Shown: one piece after another, positions 46,195 to 56,318 of the stretch
Numbering within the stretch: the stretch's first letter is position 1
Layout of the letters: every line of letters begins with the position of its first letter
NCBI GenBank assembly: GCA_965222725.1
Contig: OZ244969.1
Coordinates: 1,111,939 to 1,175,938, forward strand
DNA length: 64,000 nt
Source: Ketobacteraceae bacterium
Lineage (GTDB): Bacteria; Pseudomonadota; Gammaproteobacteria; Pseudomonadales; Ketobacteraceae
Reading direction: 5' to 3'
The notes under the pieces: model-generated
What the model was told of the DNA's origin: nothing
Seen by the model: only the letters and a program-made list of their open reading frames with translations
Database searches by the model: none
Program-made: the position numbers and the translations under genes

Positions 46195-47070
46195 TTAGTA
46201 GGTGATTATCTCGATACCGGGATTGACGCTCTGGCTGATATGGGGCTCCGCAGTCACTACAAAATCCGGGTCCACCCAGTACAGGGAGGTGCGTAACGAC
46301 GCACTCAGGTAACGAAAGTCATCCATGGTACGGGCATGAATAATCACGGCAGCATTTTCACTGATGATTTTTGAACTGATGCTGTCCAGTTGCAGATTGA
46401 TTTCCTGGGAGCGGGTATCGATCTGGCTTTGTTTCAGACTGAGAAAATTGGGGTTGTCATTTACCGGCGTAGGTTCTTCTGCCACCGGCGGTTCCGGCTC
46501 TGGTGGTACTTCGGTTTCCGGTGCTTCGGGTTCAGGCTTCTGGGCTACCGGTTGGCTGGCGGATTCCTCGCGGGCCTTTTCCAGGCTTTCCTGTTGCACC
46601 AGAATGTCCAGCAGGCCGAGAATCACGTCTTCCTTTGCATCCAGCGCGCCGGAAGGCACCTGCAGGCTGCGAGCGGTATTAATGTATTTCAGAGCCACTT
46701 CCAGGTCGCGGCGCTGGGGCGGGTTGTTTCTTTTCAGGCGCCGGTCGGCCAATATCAGGTAGCGGTCGATCACTTCCTTCTCGTAGCCGGCAATGGCGGG
46801 GTCACCGGGATTCTGGCGGCGCAAGGCTTCAATTTTTTCAATGGCATTGTTGCCTTTGGGTTTGGACAGCCGGTTGGCAGCGAGGTCGGCTTCAATCTGA
46901 TCATGAAGGCTCAGCGGTGGTGCCGGCGTTTCCGGCTCGGGAGTTTCGGTTGCCTGCGGTTCCGGTTGCGGCTGTGCGCCGGTATCCCAGATTTCTTTCG
47001 GCATGGACTGACAAGCGCACAGCGAGCCCGCCAGTATCACAGTAATAAACATCTGATTCGCAGGTTTCAT
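46195..47070 (-). CDS. Hypothetical lipoprotein or secreted protein with a Pro/Glu-rich linker
   Basis: Signal peptide with Cys (ILAGSLCACQS). Low-complexity PEPE linker regions. 291 aa. Confidence 0.45.
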   Translation of the reverse strand: MKPANQMFITVILAGSLCACQSMPKEIWDTGAQPQPEPQATETPEPETPAPPLSLHDQIEADLAANRLSKPKGNNAIEKIEALRRQNPGDPAIAGYEKEVIDRYLILADRRLKRNNPPQRRDLEVALKYINTARSLQVPSGALDAKEDVILGLLDILVQQESLEKAREESASQPVAQKPEPEAPETEVPPEPEPPVAEEPTPVNDNPNFLSLKQSQIDTRSQEINLQLDSISSKIISENAAVIIHARTMDDFRYLSASLRTSLYWVDPDFVVTAEPHISQSVNPGIEIITY

Positions 47071-47163
47071 ACCCCACCCTTTTTTATTGCCTGGTATTTT
47101 ATTGCGTGGTTTTTTGTTTGTCGGTTGTTTGCCACTTGGGTCTTCATCACTTAAACACTGGTG

Positions 47164-47955
47164 TCAGGAATCCTTTTCCGGCTTCAACTGACTTGCTGCA
47201 AATAGTAAGCAGGCACAGAGCACAATGCCAGGGCCTGTGGGAGTATCCCATAAAAATGACGTCATCAAACCCGCGATGACGGCTAACAGTCCGATGATCG
47301 ATGCCATAAAGGCCATTTGCTCTGGTGTGCTGGCCAGTCGCCGGGCGCTGGCTGCCGGAATAATCAGCATGGCCGTAATCAGCAGGGCGCCCACCACTTT
47401 CATTCCCACTGCCACCAGCAACGCCAGCATAATCAGTAACAGGGTTCGCATGCGGTGAATGGATACCCCTTCCGCCCGGGCGATTTCACTGCTCACCAGT
47501 GTGTTGAGCAGATCATCCCAGCAACGCCACAGGAGTATTGCCAGCAACACACAAATGCCCGCCACCCACAACACATCCTGATAATTCACCGCCAGCAGAT
47601 CACCGAACAGGAATGCCATTAAATCGACTCGCATATCGCTGAGCTGGCTGGCAATCACCAGGCCGGTGGCCAGTGTGCCGTGAGCGATAATACCCAGTAT
47701 AGTATCGTTCGCCAGTTTGTTCTGACGCTGGCTGAAGCCCAGCACCAGTGCCACCGCCATGGTGGTAAAGAGTACACCAAACAGGGGTTTGATGCTCAGC
47801 AGCAAACCGATGGTCATACCCATGAGTGAGGAGTGCGCCAGAGTATCGCCGAAATAGGACATGCGCCCCCACACCACAAAACTGCCCAGCGGACCGCTGA
47901 TGGCTGCCAGCATCAGTCCCACCAGCAGCGAAGGCAACAGAATATCAATGATCAT
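47164..47955 (-). CDS. znuB: Zinc ABC transporter permease ZnuB
   Basis: Aligns with E. coli ZnuB from MIIDILLPSLLVGLMLAAISGPLGSFVVWGRMSYFGDTLAHSSL. The start is trimmed from the track ORF to M43 and overlaps the znuC end. Confidence 0.8.
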   Translation of the reverse strand: MIIDILLPSLLVGLMLAAISGPLGSFVVWGRMSYFGDTLAHSSLMGMTIGLLLSIKPLFGVLFTTMAVALVLGFSQRQNKLANDTILGIIAHGTLATGLVIASQLSDMRVDLMAFLFGDLLAVNYQDVLWVAGICVLLAILLWRCWDDLLNTLVSSEIARAEGVSIHRMRTLLLIMLALLVAVGMKVVGALLITAMLIIPAASARRLASTPEQMAFMASIIGLLAVIAGLMTSFLWDTPTGPGIVLCACLLFAASQLKPEKDS

Positions 47956-48781
47956 GGTCGCAACTGTCTCCGATAACGCCGCCATCCAGGCGATGGTGGT
48001 GATCATGATGGTGGGTGTAAATGGCGATGTCCTTGCCCAGATCCTGGCCAAACAATTCCAGATACCTGGGGTGCTTGGCAACGGACTCGGCGGTACCTGA
48101 ACAGCAGATATGCTGGTTCAGGCAAATCACATGATCGGTACCTGCCATGACAAAGTGCAGGTCGTGGGATACCATCAGAATGCCGCAATGGCGATCATCC
48201 CGGATGCGTTTTAACAACTGATACAGTTCCCGCTGGCCGTGCAGATCAACCCCCTGTGCCGGTTCATCCAGCACCAGCAGGGTAGGTTCCCGCAGCAGCG
48301 CCCGGGCCAGTAATACCCGTTGCAGTTCACCACCGGACAGGGTTTGCACGGCGGCGTTTTCCAGCCGGCTGGCACCCACCTCTGCCAGTGTCTTTTGAAT
48401 GGCTTGCGGATCCCGGTTGCCGGACATGGCCAGGAAACGCTTTACCGTCAGTGGTAAACTGTTGTCGATATGCAGTTTCTGGGGCATATAGCCGATACGG
48501 CACTGGGAATAAGTAATAATGCTGCCGCTGTCGGGCTTGTGCTCGCCAATCAGCAATTTCAGCAGCGTGGTTTTGCCGGCGCCGTTGGGGCCAATCACTG
48601 TCACTATCTCGCCCTGATGCAACTCCAGGGAAATATTCTGCAGCAACGACTGTCGGCTCAAGGCCAGGCAGGCATTATCCGCTCTGACCAGCAGAGTAGT
48701 GGGTGAAGCGGCAGTAGCAGCACTTGTATTAGTCGCTGTCATATCAGGGTTCTGGTTACGCTGGCGGATGTGGGCGCGCAT
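47945..48781 (-). CDS. znuC: Zinc ABC transporter ATP-binding protein ZnuC
   Basis: Walker A GPNGAGKTT, LSGGELQRV signature and Walker B LLVLDEP. The true start may be the internal Met (MTATNTS). Confidence 0.8.
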   Translation of the reverse strand: MRAHIRQRNQNPDMTATNTSAATAASPTTLLVRADNACLALSRQSLLQNISLELHQGEIVTVIGPNGAGKTTLLKLLIGEHKPDSGSIITYSQCRIGYMPQKLHIDNSLPLTVKRFLAMSGNRDPQAIQKTLAEVGASRLENAAVQTLSGGELQRVLLARALLREPTLLVLDEPAQGVDLHGQRELYQLLKRIRDDRHCGILMVSHDLHFVMAGTDHVICLNQHICCSGTAESVAKHPRYLELFGQDLGKDIAIYTHHHDHHHRLDGGVIGDSCDHDH

Positions 48782-48872
48782 TTTACCAGTAATCGGGCTG
48801 TTTCACGAAACGGCGCCGGTCAATAGTGTGAAATCACCGATAACTTAAGGGTTCATGAAAGGCTGAAGTATC

Positions 48873-49913
48873 ATGAGGAGTCTCCTGGAAAGTAGCATGA
48901 AGAGTCACAATGGATTAAGTCGTTTTCAGTTGTTCCCGGCAGGCGTACGGCGGCTTGCCACCTGCTTTTGCCTGGTGATCATGCTGGGTAATCTGCTGTT
49001 GCCTGCCAGTGCCGCAGCGACCGGTGCCAAGCCCTACCCTCCGGAGGTGCTGGTGGTCACCAGTATCCAGCCTCTGGGGTTGCTGGCCAGTGAGCTCCTG
49101 GCGCCAGTGCAGGCGGGGGCGGTCCGGGTGATTATTCCCCGCAGTGCGTCACCCCACGGTTTTTCCCTGCAACCATCTGATATGCGTCTGCTGGTGACGG
49201 CTCCCGTGCTGTTGTGGCTGGGTCCTGATCTGGAGCCCTATCTGACCAAGGCGCTGCAAAAACGGGGTGTGCAACCTGACAGGCAATTGATAACGGCGGA
49301 GTCTCTCAGTGGTATTCGCTTGCTTCCATGGCGTGACGTGGAAGACGACGCAGTTGCCGGCCATCACCACCATGAAGCGGATGACCATCATCATGATCAG
49401 GGGCAATACGATCCCCATCTCTGGTGGGACAGCCAGAATGCCCTGTTGATGGCTGATGCACTGACGGCAACGCTCAGCGGCCTTTATCCCCAATGGCAGC
49501 AGGCGCTCGCCGAATCCCGCACTGCTTTCGAACAGCGCCTGACCCGGTTGCGGGAACAGATCCAGGCGCAACGGCCGGCGCAGCCAAAGGGCTTTCTGAT
49601 CTACCATGATTCCCTGCTTTATCTGGAAAAAGAACTGGGTATCAGTTCTGCCCGCCGTATTACCCAGACACCGGAAAACAAACCTTCCGTGAGGGATATG
49701 CTCTCCCTGAGCCGTTCACTGAACAATGGCAAGGTGAACTGTGTGATTACCGAGCCCGGAGTAAATCCGGCTTTTCTCCGTAAGCTCTATGGTGATAACC
49801 GGGTGCAGGAAACGGAAGTCGATCCCTTGGGGTGGGATGCAGAAAGCTACACGGATATGTGGTTCGAAGGGGCCCGCGCACTCATGGAATGTGCGGGCGC
49901 GAGTCATCAGTAA
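48873..49913 (+). CDS. znuA: Zinc ABC transporter periplasmic binding protein ZnuA
   Basis: Cluster-9 SBP with a His/acidic-rich loop (HHHHEADDHHHDQ). Divergent from znuCB. Confidence 0.8.
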   Translation: MRSLLESSMKSHNGLSRFQLFPAGVRRLATCFCLVIMLGNLLLPASAAATGAKPYPPEVLVVTSIQPLGLLASELLAPVQAGAVRVIIPRSASPHGFSLQPSDMRLLVTAPVLLWLGPDLEPYLTKALQKRGVQPDRQLITAESLSGIRLLPWRDVEDDAVAGHHHHEADDHHHDQGQYDPHLWWDSQNALLMADALTATLSGLYPQWQQALAESRTAFEQRLTRLREQIQAQRPAQPKGFLIYHDSLLYLEKELGISSARRITQTPENKPSVRDMLSLSRSLNNGKVNCVITEPGVNPAFLRKLYGDNRVQETEVDPLGWDAESYTDMWFEGARALMECAGASHQ

Positions 49914-49927
49914 CGCTCTGGCAGTGG

Positions 49928-50224
49928 TTACCAGGAAATCAGCACCCACTCCGGTACCTGCATTTTATCGGCACCGCTGTCGCGGATAAAATCCCCGTCC
50001 CCTATCTTGTCCACAAGAAAATAAGGTTTACCGTTCTTCGGTACCACCTTGATTTTGTACACCCGGCCATTGATCTTGTGCACTTCAATCTTCTTGTTTT
50101 CACTGTCGATAATGGTGATTTCCGGTTCCGGATACACCGATGATGTCTCATCCGGTGTTTCCACTTTGGCAACGCTGATCATGGGGATTGTGGCCAGTAT
50201 CAGGGCCATCCAGAACTGTTTCAT
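49928..50224 (-). CDS. Small secreted hypothetical protein (98 aa)
   Basis: Signal peptide MKQFWMALILATIPMISVA. Convergent with znuA. Confidence 0.4.
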   Translation of the reverse strand: MKQFWMALILATIPMISVAKVETPDETSSVYPEPEITIIDSENKKIEVHKINGRVYKIKVVPKNGKPYFLVDKIGDGDFIRDSGADKMQVPEWVLISW

Positions 50225-50465
50225 TGGGACTCCTCGTCTCCTGGTTTACAGGGGCCAAGTGTATCCTCCCCTTGGTTGGCGTACAACGATCAGGGTTTTG
50301 ATTCGTGTCAGGTTTTCTGTGATAGCCGGCATGGCCGGAATTCACAAAAAATCGATGCCATTGGCCAGTGTGCAAACCCCGGCTTTTGACCATACTGGAG
50401 TGCACTACACTCATAATAATTCTGATTGATAACAAATCTGACGCCACCGATACGGGGAAACTCTT

Positions 50466-51569
50466 ATGCCGATTTCAGCCTCCGCACCCTTGAAGAAAGT
50501 ACAGCACACAGTGGAAAAACAGGTGTCGCGGGCCATGCTGGAAAACCTGCCGTTGTCGGTGCTGCAGAAAATCACCGGCACCCAGGAGCCCCTGGTGCTG
50601 GATGGTCGCACCATGGACCCCTACATGCGCATTGTCGTGGAGGCCAACCGGCTCAAACCGGCACTGGAATCCCTGGGGCTGGAAAAAAGTCGCGAAAGCT
50701 ACGAGCGGGCGGTGGAACTGCTGGATTCCCCGTTCCCCAAATCAGTCACCAAAAGAGACCGGGTCGTAACCCTTGATTCAGAGCTGGAAGGCCCCCGCGA
50801 TGTGCGGATCCGGGTCTATGAAAAAGCTCACCGCCCCGGGGAGCGCCGGCCGGTAATGGTGTTTTTTCACGGCGGCGGCTGGGTGATTGGCAGTGTGGAC
50901 AGTACCGACCGCCTGTGTGCCCTGTTTTGTGATCAGCTGGATCACGTGGTGGTGTCCGTGGACTACCGCCTGACGCCGGAAAACCCCTTTCCCGCCCCCC
51001 AGTACGATGCCGTGGATGCCTTTACCTGGGTGCAGGCCCATGCCGCTCATTTTGGCGGCGATCCGGAACGGGTTTACGTGGCCGGCGACAGCGCCGGTGG
51101 CCAGCTGTCGGCCGTGGTGGCCCAGCAAACCGCCCTGCTGGGGCGGCCGCAGCCCTGTCTGCAAACTATGATTTACCCGGGGCTGGACCGCTTTCAGCGG
51201 GGTGAATCCCACCGATCCCTGGGGGAAGGCTATCTGTTAACCTGCAGTATGCTGGACTGGTTTACCGAGACTTTTATTCCCCACCACCGGGACGACGGCA
51301 ATATTCTGGCCTCGCCCATTGAGGCGGATGAGGCCCTGCTCAGGCAGCAGCCGCCAGCCATTATCACCACGGCCGGCTTTGACCTGCTGAGGGATGACGG
51401 CGCTGCCTATCGCGACAAGCTGCAGGCCGCCGGTGTTGATGTGTCCTACATCGAATTCGAGGATCTGGCCCACGGCTATGTCACCATGACGGGGGTGGTT
51501 CCCCGGGCTCGGGAAGCCATTCTGCAAACCGCTGAGCAGATTTCGCGCAAGCTTGCTACCCTTTCCTGA
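50466..51569 (+). CDS. Alpha/beta hydrolase fold-3 (HSL-like esterase/lipase)
   Basis: HGGGW oxyanion motif and GDSAGG nucleophile elbow. A downstream Asp/His is inferred. Confidence 0.75.
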   Translation: MPISASAPLKKVQHTVEKQVSRAMLENLPLSVLQKITGTQEPLVLDGRTMDPYMRIVVEANRLKPALESLGLEKSRESYERAVELLDSPFPKSVTKRDRVVTLDSELEGPRDVRIRVYEKAHRPGERRPVMVFFHGGGWVIGSVDSTDRLCALFCDQLDHVVVSVDYRLTPENPFPAPQYDAVDAFTWVQAHAAHFGGDPERVYVAGDSAGGQLSAVVAQQTALLGRPQPCLQTMIYPGLDRFQRGESHRSLGEGYLLTCSMLDWFTETFIPHHRDDGNILASPIEADEALLRQQPPAIITTAGFDLLRDDGAAYRDKLQAAGVDVSYIEFEDLAHGYVTMTGVVPRAREAILQTAEQISRKLATLS

Positions 51570-51830
51570 AGAGTAAACAAATTCATCTGCCATGTTCCGG
51601 AATGAGCCGGCAGGCCGTGGGGTTACTATGACTTTGCGGTCTCTTGCGTCTTTGTTTTAACCCATTGATTACTAAAGGGAATTTGTTGGCGGATTGAGCT
51701 TTGACCAAAAAAATTACCTTGTCAGGTGACTTTGTGGTTAAATGTCGCGCCCATAAAGGACCCTCTGTTCACAGGGTTGCCACGATGCTAAGGTGCTAGT
51801 TAGCTGTAACGAACCCAAAGGCGGCCAGCC

Positions 51831-53501
51831 ATGAGTAATGAAAATCGCTACGCTGAAGCCAGTATGGATGCCATGTACCGTATTTTTACGGTACCCGAGG
51901 CGCCGGATTCCACACTGGGCAAAGTGGATCAGATGATCTCCCAGAACCTGGGGCGATTTCTGCAGGATCACATTGTTGCCGTCGAAAAAGACCTGAAAGT
52001 CCTGGAAAAGGACTTTGCCGAGTCTGAAATCCCCGAAAAACCCATTTTTGTATCCCAGCAGGCGGATTTCCTGCTGGACAAGGTGGTATCCCAGTCCGTA
52101 CACACCGCGGCCCCCAGTTTTATCGGCCATATGACCTCAGCGCTGCCTTATTTTATGCTGCCGCTGTCTCGGATCATGATGGCTCTGAACCAGAACCTGG
52201 TAAAAATCGAAACCTCCAAGGCCTTTACCCCGCTGGAGCGCCAGACCCTGGGCATGATGCACCGCCTGATCTTTGGCAACGACGACAAGTTCTACGAACA
52301 GTGGATGCACGAGGCTGGCCACTCACTGGGCTCGTTTTGCTCCGGTGGCACCATAGCCAACCTCACGGCACTGTGGGTGGCCCGTAACCGCCTGTTCAAA
52401 CCCACCCAGGATTTCCCCGGCATTGTGAAAGTGGGGGTGTTCGGTGCACTCAAGCATCATGGTTACGACGGCATGGCGGTGCTGGTATCGGAACGCGGCC
52501 ATTATTCCCTGGGTAAAGCCGCCGATGTTCTGGGTATAGGCCGCAATAATCTGATGCCGGTGAAAGCGGATGAGCGCAACCGTATTCGTGTGGACGAGCT
52601 GCGCAAGAAAATCGAGGAATGCCGGGAAAACAATATCAAGGTGATGGCGATTGTTGGTGTGGCGGGAACGTCGGAAACCGGTAGTGTGGATCCCCTGGAC
52701 GAAATGGCGGATATCGCCGAGGAAATCGGTTGTCACTACCACGTGGATGCCGCCTGGGGTGGCCCCACCCTGTTCTCGAAAAAGTATGCCCATATTCTGA
52801 AAGGTATCGAGCGGGCTGATTCGGTCACCATTGATGCCCATAAACAGATGTACGTGCCCATGGGTGCGGGCATGGTGCTGTTCCGGGATCCTACCCTGGT
52901 GTCCGCCATCGAACACCATGCGGAATACATTATCCGGAAAGGCTCCAAGGATATCGGCAGCTATACCCTGGAAGGTTCCCGTCCCGGTATGGCCATGCTG
53001 CTGCAATCGGGTCTGAAAATTATCGGTCGCAGCGGTTATGAAATCCTGATTGAACAGGGCATTGAAAAAGCCCGCGCCTTTGCCGACATGATCGAGCAAG
53101 ACGAAGAATTCGAACTGATCGCCGCGCCGGAACTGAATATTCTCTGCTATCGGTTTGTACCGCCGTTTGTGCGGGAAAAACTCAAGAACTGCACGGAAGA
53201 AGAGTTCGAGCAGATCCATGAATTGCTCAATCGCCTCACCAAGCGGATTCAGAAAACCCAGCGGGCCCGTGGTAAATCTTTTGTGTCCCGGACCCGGTTA
53301 ATGCCGGAACAGTATCAGCGCGCCAAAACCGTGGTATTCCGTGCGGTGCTGGCCAACCCCCTGACCAATCACGAGATTCTGCGGGATATTCTGAAAGAAC
53401 AGAAATTCATTGCCCGCACCAATGCCTGCCGTAATTTTATGGAAGAACTGCGCAGCATTTGCGGCACTTCAGACCTGCAGGCGGTGCAGGCCGCCGGTTA
53501 G
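51831..53501 (+). CDS. Group II pyridoxal-phosphate-dependent decarboxylase (PanP-like putative aspartate 1-decarboxylase)
   Basis: SGGTIANLTALWVARN, HVDAAWGG and PLP-lysine DAHKQMYVP. 556 aa, similar in size to Vibrio PanP. Confidence 0.65.
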   Translation: MSNENRYAEASMDAMYRIFTVPEAPDSTLGKVDQMISQNLGRFLQDHIVAVEKDLKVLEKDFAESEIPEKPIFVSQQADFLLDKVVSQSVHTAAPSFIGHMTSALPYFMLPLSRIMMALNQNLVKIETSKAFTPLERQTLGMMHRLIFGNDDKFYEQWMHEAGHSLGSFCSGGTIANLTALWVARNRLFKPTQDFPGIVKVGVFGALKHHGYDGMAVLVSERGHYSLGKAADVLGIGRNNLMPVKADERNRIRVDELRKKIEECRENNIKVMAIVGVAGTSETGSVDPLDEMADIAEEIGCHYHVDAAWGGPTLFSKKYAHILKGIERADSVTIDAHKQMYVPMGAGMVLFRDPTLVSAIEHHAEYIIRKGSKDIGSYTLEGSRPGMAMLLQSGLKIIGRSGYEILIEQGIEKARAFADMIEQDEEFELIAAPELNILCYRFVPPFVREKLKNCTEEEFEQIHELLNRLTKRIQKTQRARGKSFVSRTRLMPEQYQRAKTVVFRAVLANPLTNHEILRDILKEQKFIARTNACRNFMEELRSICGTSDLQAVQAAG

Positions 53502-53559
53502 TTTTCAACGGTAAACGTGGTAGCATGCTCCTCAAAAATTTGCGGAGTAACAGCAACCC

Positions 53560-56262
53560 ATGGCCGACACAAAACCCCTGATTCTGGTGGATGGTTCATC
53601 CTATCTGTACCGCGCGTTTTACGCGCTCCCGCCCTTGCAGACTGCCAAAGGACAACCCACCGGCGCCGTTCGCGGTGTGATCAGCATGCTGAAAAGCCTG
53701 CTCAAGGAATATCAGCCCGAGCACATGGCCGTGGTGTTCGATGCCAAGGGCAAAACCTTTCGCGATGATCTTTACGCCGACTACAAAGCCAATCGTCCCC
53801 CCATGCCCGATGACCTTCGGGAACAGATAGAGCCTTTACACAAAGCTGTGGAACTGATGGGCCTGCCCATGCTGATTATTGACGGAGTCGAGGCAGACGA
53901 CGTGATTGGTACCCTGTGCCGGGAAGCCACCGAAAAAGGTGTCGATACCATCGTGTCCACCGGCGACAAGGACATGGCGCAACTGGTGAGTGATCACGTT
54001 ACCCTGATTAATACCATGAACAATACCCGCATGGATCGCGACGGTGTGATTGAAAAGTTCGGTGTGCCACCGGAAACCATTGTGGATTATCTGGCATTGA
54101 TCGGTGACACCGTGGATAACGTCCCCGGTGTGCCCAAGTGTGGTCCTAAAACCGCAGTAAAATGGCTGGATCAGTACGGCACCCTGGAAAGCCTGATGGA
54201 AAAAGCCGATGAAATCAAAGGCAAGATCGGTGAAAACCTGCGTAACACCTTAGAGGCGTTACCGCTTTCCAAAGAGCTGGTGACCATCAAAACCGATGTA
54301 GAGCTGGCTCAGGGAATCAATGACCTGAATCTGCAACCGCCGCAAACGGAAGATCTGCTCGACCTGTTTAAGGAACTGGAATTCAAATCCTGGGTCGCGG
54401 AACTGGAAACCACCGAAGGGGACAACGAAAACGCGACCCTGGCAGAAAAGCTGGAAGCCAAATACGAAACCGTCTTTGAACAGGAACGTTTTGATGCCTG
54501 GCTGGAAAAACTGAAACAGGCCGACATTTTTGCCTTTGATACCGAAACCACCAGCCTGAATTACATGGATGCGGAACTGGTGGGTGTGTCTTTTTCCGTT
54601 GAGCCCGGCGAAGCCGCTTATGTGCCGGTGGGGCATCGTTACCCCGGTGCACCGGACCAGCTGGAGCGTGACAAGGTGCTGCAGGCACTGAAACCCTTAT
54701 TGGAAAGTGATACCCCCAAAGTGGTTGGCCAGAATCTGAAATACGACAATAACGTATTGCATCAATACGATATTCAGATCAAGGCCATCGCCGCCGATAC
54801 CATGCTGGAATCCTACGTGCTGGACAGTGTCGGTTCCCGTCATGATATGGATACCCTGGCCCAGAAATACCTGGATCACGAAACCATTCACTTTGAAGAT
54901 ATTGCCGGCAAAGGTGCCAAACAGCTGACCTTTGATCAGATCGATATTGAACAGGCCGGGCCCTATGCCGCGGAAGATGCCGATATTACCCTGCGCCTGC
55001 ATCAGACCCTGCAACCGAAACTGGCAGCGGAAGAAAAACTGCAGAAAGTGTTTGCGGAAATTGAACTGCCCCTGATGCCGATTCTGTCCAAAATTGAATG
55101 TACCGGTGCCCTGATTGATGCCGACAAACTGCGCCAGCAAAGCCAGCAACTGGCTGAACGCATGCAGACAATTCAGACGCAGGCCTTCGAAGAAGCGGGC
55201 CAGGAATTCAATCTGGGATCGCCCAAGCAACTGGGGGAAATCCTGTTTGAAAAACTGGAGCTGCCGGTCATTAAGCGGACCGCCAAAAAAGCCCCGTCCA
55301 CCGCCGAAGATGTACTGCAGGAACTGGCGCTGGATTACCCCTTGCCCAAAATTATTCTCGAATACCGTAGTGCCAGCAAACTGAAATCCACGTACACGGA
55401 CAAGCTGCCGCAACTGATCAACAGCCGCACCGGTCGTATTCATACCAGTTACCATCAGGCGGTGGCCGCCACCGGGCGACTGTCATCCTCCGATCCCAAT
55501 CTGCAGAATATTCCGGTGCGCACCGAGGCGGGTCGCAAAATCCGCCAGGCCTTTATTGCCAAACCCGGCTGCAAGCTGGTGGCGGCGGATTATTCCCAGA
55601 TTGAATTGCGGATCATGGCCCACCTGTCAGGCGACAAGGGACTGCTGAATGCGTTTAACAACGGTCTGGATATACACAAGGCGACAGCCGCGGAAGTGGA
55701 AGGCATTGCCATTGATGATGTCACCGCAGAGCAACGCCGCAGTGCCAAGGCGGTGAATTTCGGACTGATCTATGGCATGTCCGCTTTTGGGCTGGCCAAA
55801 CAATTGGGCATCGGCCGCAAGGAAGCCCAGGCCTATATCGATGCCTATTTCGATAAATACCCCGGCGTTCTGCAATACATGGAATCCACCCGGGAACTGG
55901 CGGGCCAGCAGGGCTATGTGGAAACCCTGTTCGGCCGGCGTCTGTACCTGCCGGAAATAAACGCCCGCAATCCCATGCGCCGCCAGGCCGCGGAGCGCAC
56001 TGCCATCAACGCCCCCATGCAGGGCAGCGCCGCGGATATTATCAAGCGGGCCATGATCGCAGTGGACCACTGGCTGAATGAGGCGAAGCTGCAATCGGTG
56101 ATGATTATGCAGGTACACGATGAACTGATTCTGGAAACACCCCAGGATGAGGTGGAGGCGATCACCGAGGGGCTCAAGGAACAAATGAGCCAGGCGGCCT
56201 CACTGGCAGTGCCTTTGGTGGTGGATGTGGGTGTGGGTGACAACTGGGAGCAGGCCCATTAA
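53560..56262 (+). CDS. polA: DNA polymerase I
   Basis: 900 aa. 5'-3' exonuclease N-terminus, 3'-5' exo (FDTETTSL), and polymerase motifs A (DYSQIELR) and C (QVHDEL). Confidence 0.95.
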   Translation: MADTKPLILVDGSSYLYRAFYALPPLQTAKGQPTGAVRGVISMLKSLLKEYQPEHMAVVFDAKGKTFRDDLYADYKANRPPMPDDLREQIEPLHKAVELMGLPMLIIDGVEADDVIGTLCREATEKGVDTIVSTGDKDMAQLVSDHVTLINTMNNTRMDRDGVIEKFGVPPETIVDYLALIGDTVDNVPGVPKCGPKTAVKWLDQYGTLESLMEKADEIKGKIGENLRNTLEALPLSKELVTIKTDVELAQGINDLNLQPPQTEDLLDLFKELEFKSWVAELETTEGDNENATLAEKLEAKYETVFEQERFDAWLEKLKQADIFAFDTETTSLNYMDAELVGVSFSVEPGEAAYVPVGHRYPGAPDQLERDKVLQALKPLLESDTPKVVGQNLKYDNNVLHQYDIQIKAIAADTMLESYVLDSVGSRHDMDTLAQKYLDHETIHFEDIAGKGAKQLTFDQIDIEQAGPYAAEDADITLRLHQTLQPKLAAEEKLQKVFAEIELPLMPILSKIECTGALIDADKLRQQSQQLAERMQTIQTQAFEEAGQEFNLGSPKQLGEILFEKLELPVIKRTAKKAPSTAEDVLQELALDYPLPKIILEYRSASKLKSTYTDKLPQLINSRTGRIHTSYHQAVAATGRLSSSDPNLQNIPVRTEAGRKIRQAFIAKPGCKLVAADYSQIELRIMAHLSGDKGLLNAFNNGLDIHKATAAEVEGIAIDDVTAEQRRSAKAVNFGLIYGMSAFGLAKQLGIGRKEAQAYIDAYFDKYPGVLQYMESTRELAGQQGYVETLFGRRLYLPEINARNPMRRQAAERTAINAPMQGSAADIIKRAMIAVDHWLNEAKLQSVMIMQVHDELILETPQDEVEAITEGLKEQMSQAASLAVPLVVDVGVGDNWEQAH

Positions 56263-56292
56263 AAAAGCCGGCGAGGTTATCGCCGGCTTTTG
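56261..56292. terminator. Bidirectional rho-independent terminator between polA (+) and the PEP-CTERM gene (-)
   Basis: AAAAAAGCCGGCGA-ggtt-ATCGCCGGCTTTTG. Confidence 0.6.
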
Positions 56293-56318
56293 CCCATAAG
56301 GGCCAGTGTTGCAGAGTC

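Noticed and set aside
48782-48872. Possible Zur box between znuC and znuA
   Set aside because: Only a weak 7-bp inverted repeat (GTTTCAC/GTGAAAT) was found. It does not match the canonical Zur operator, so it is not reported as a feature.
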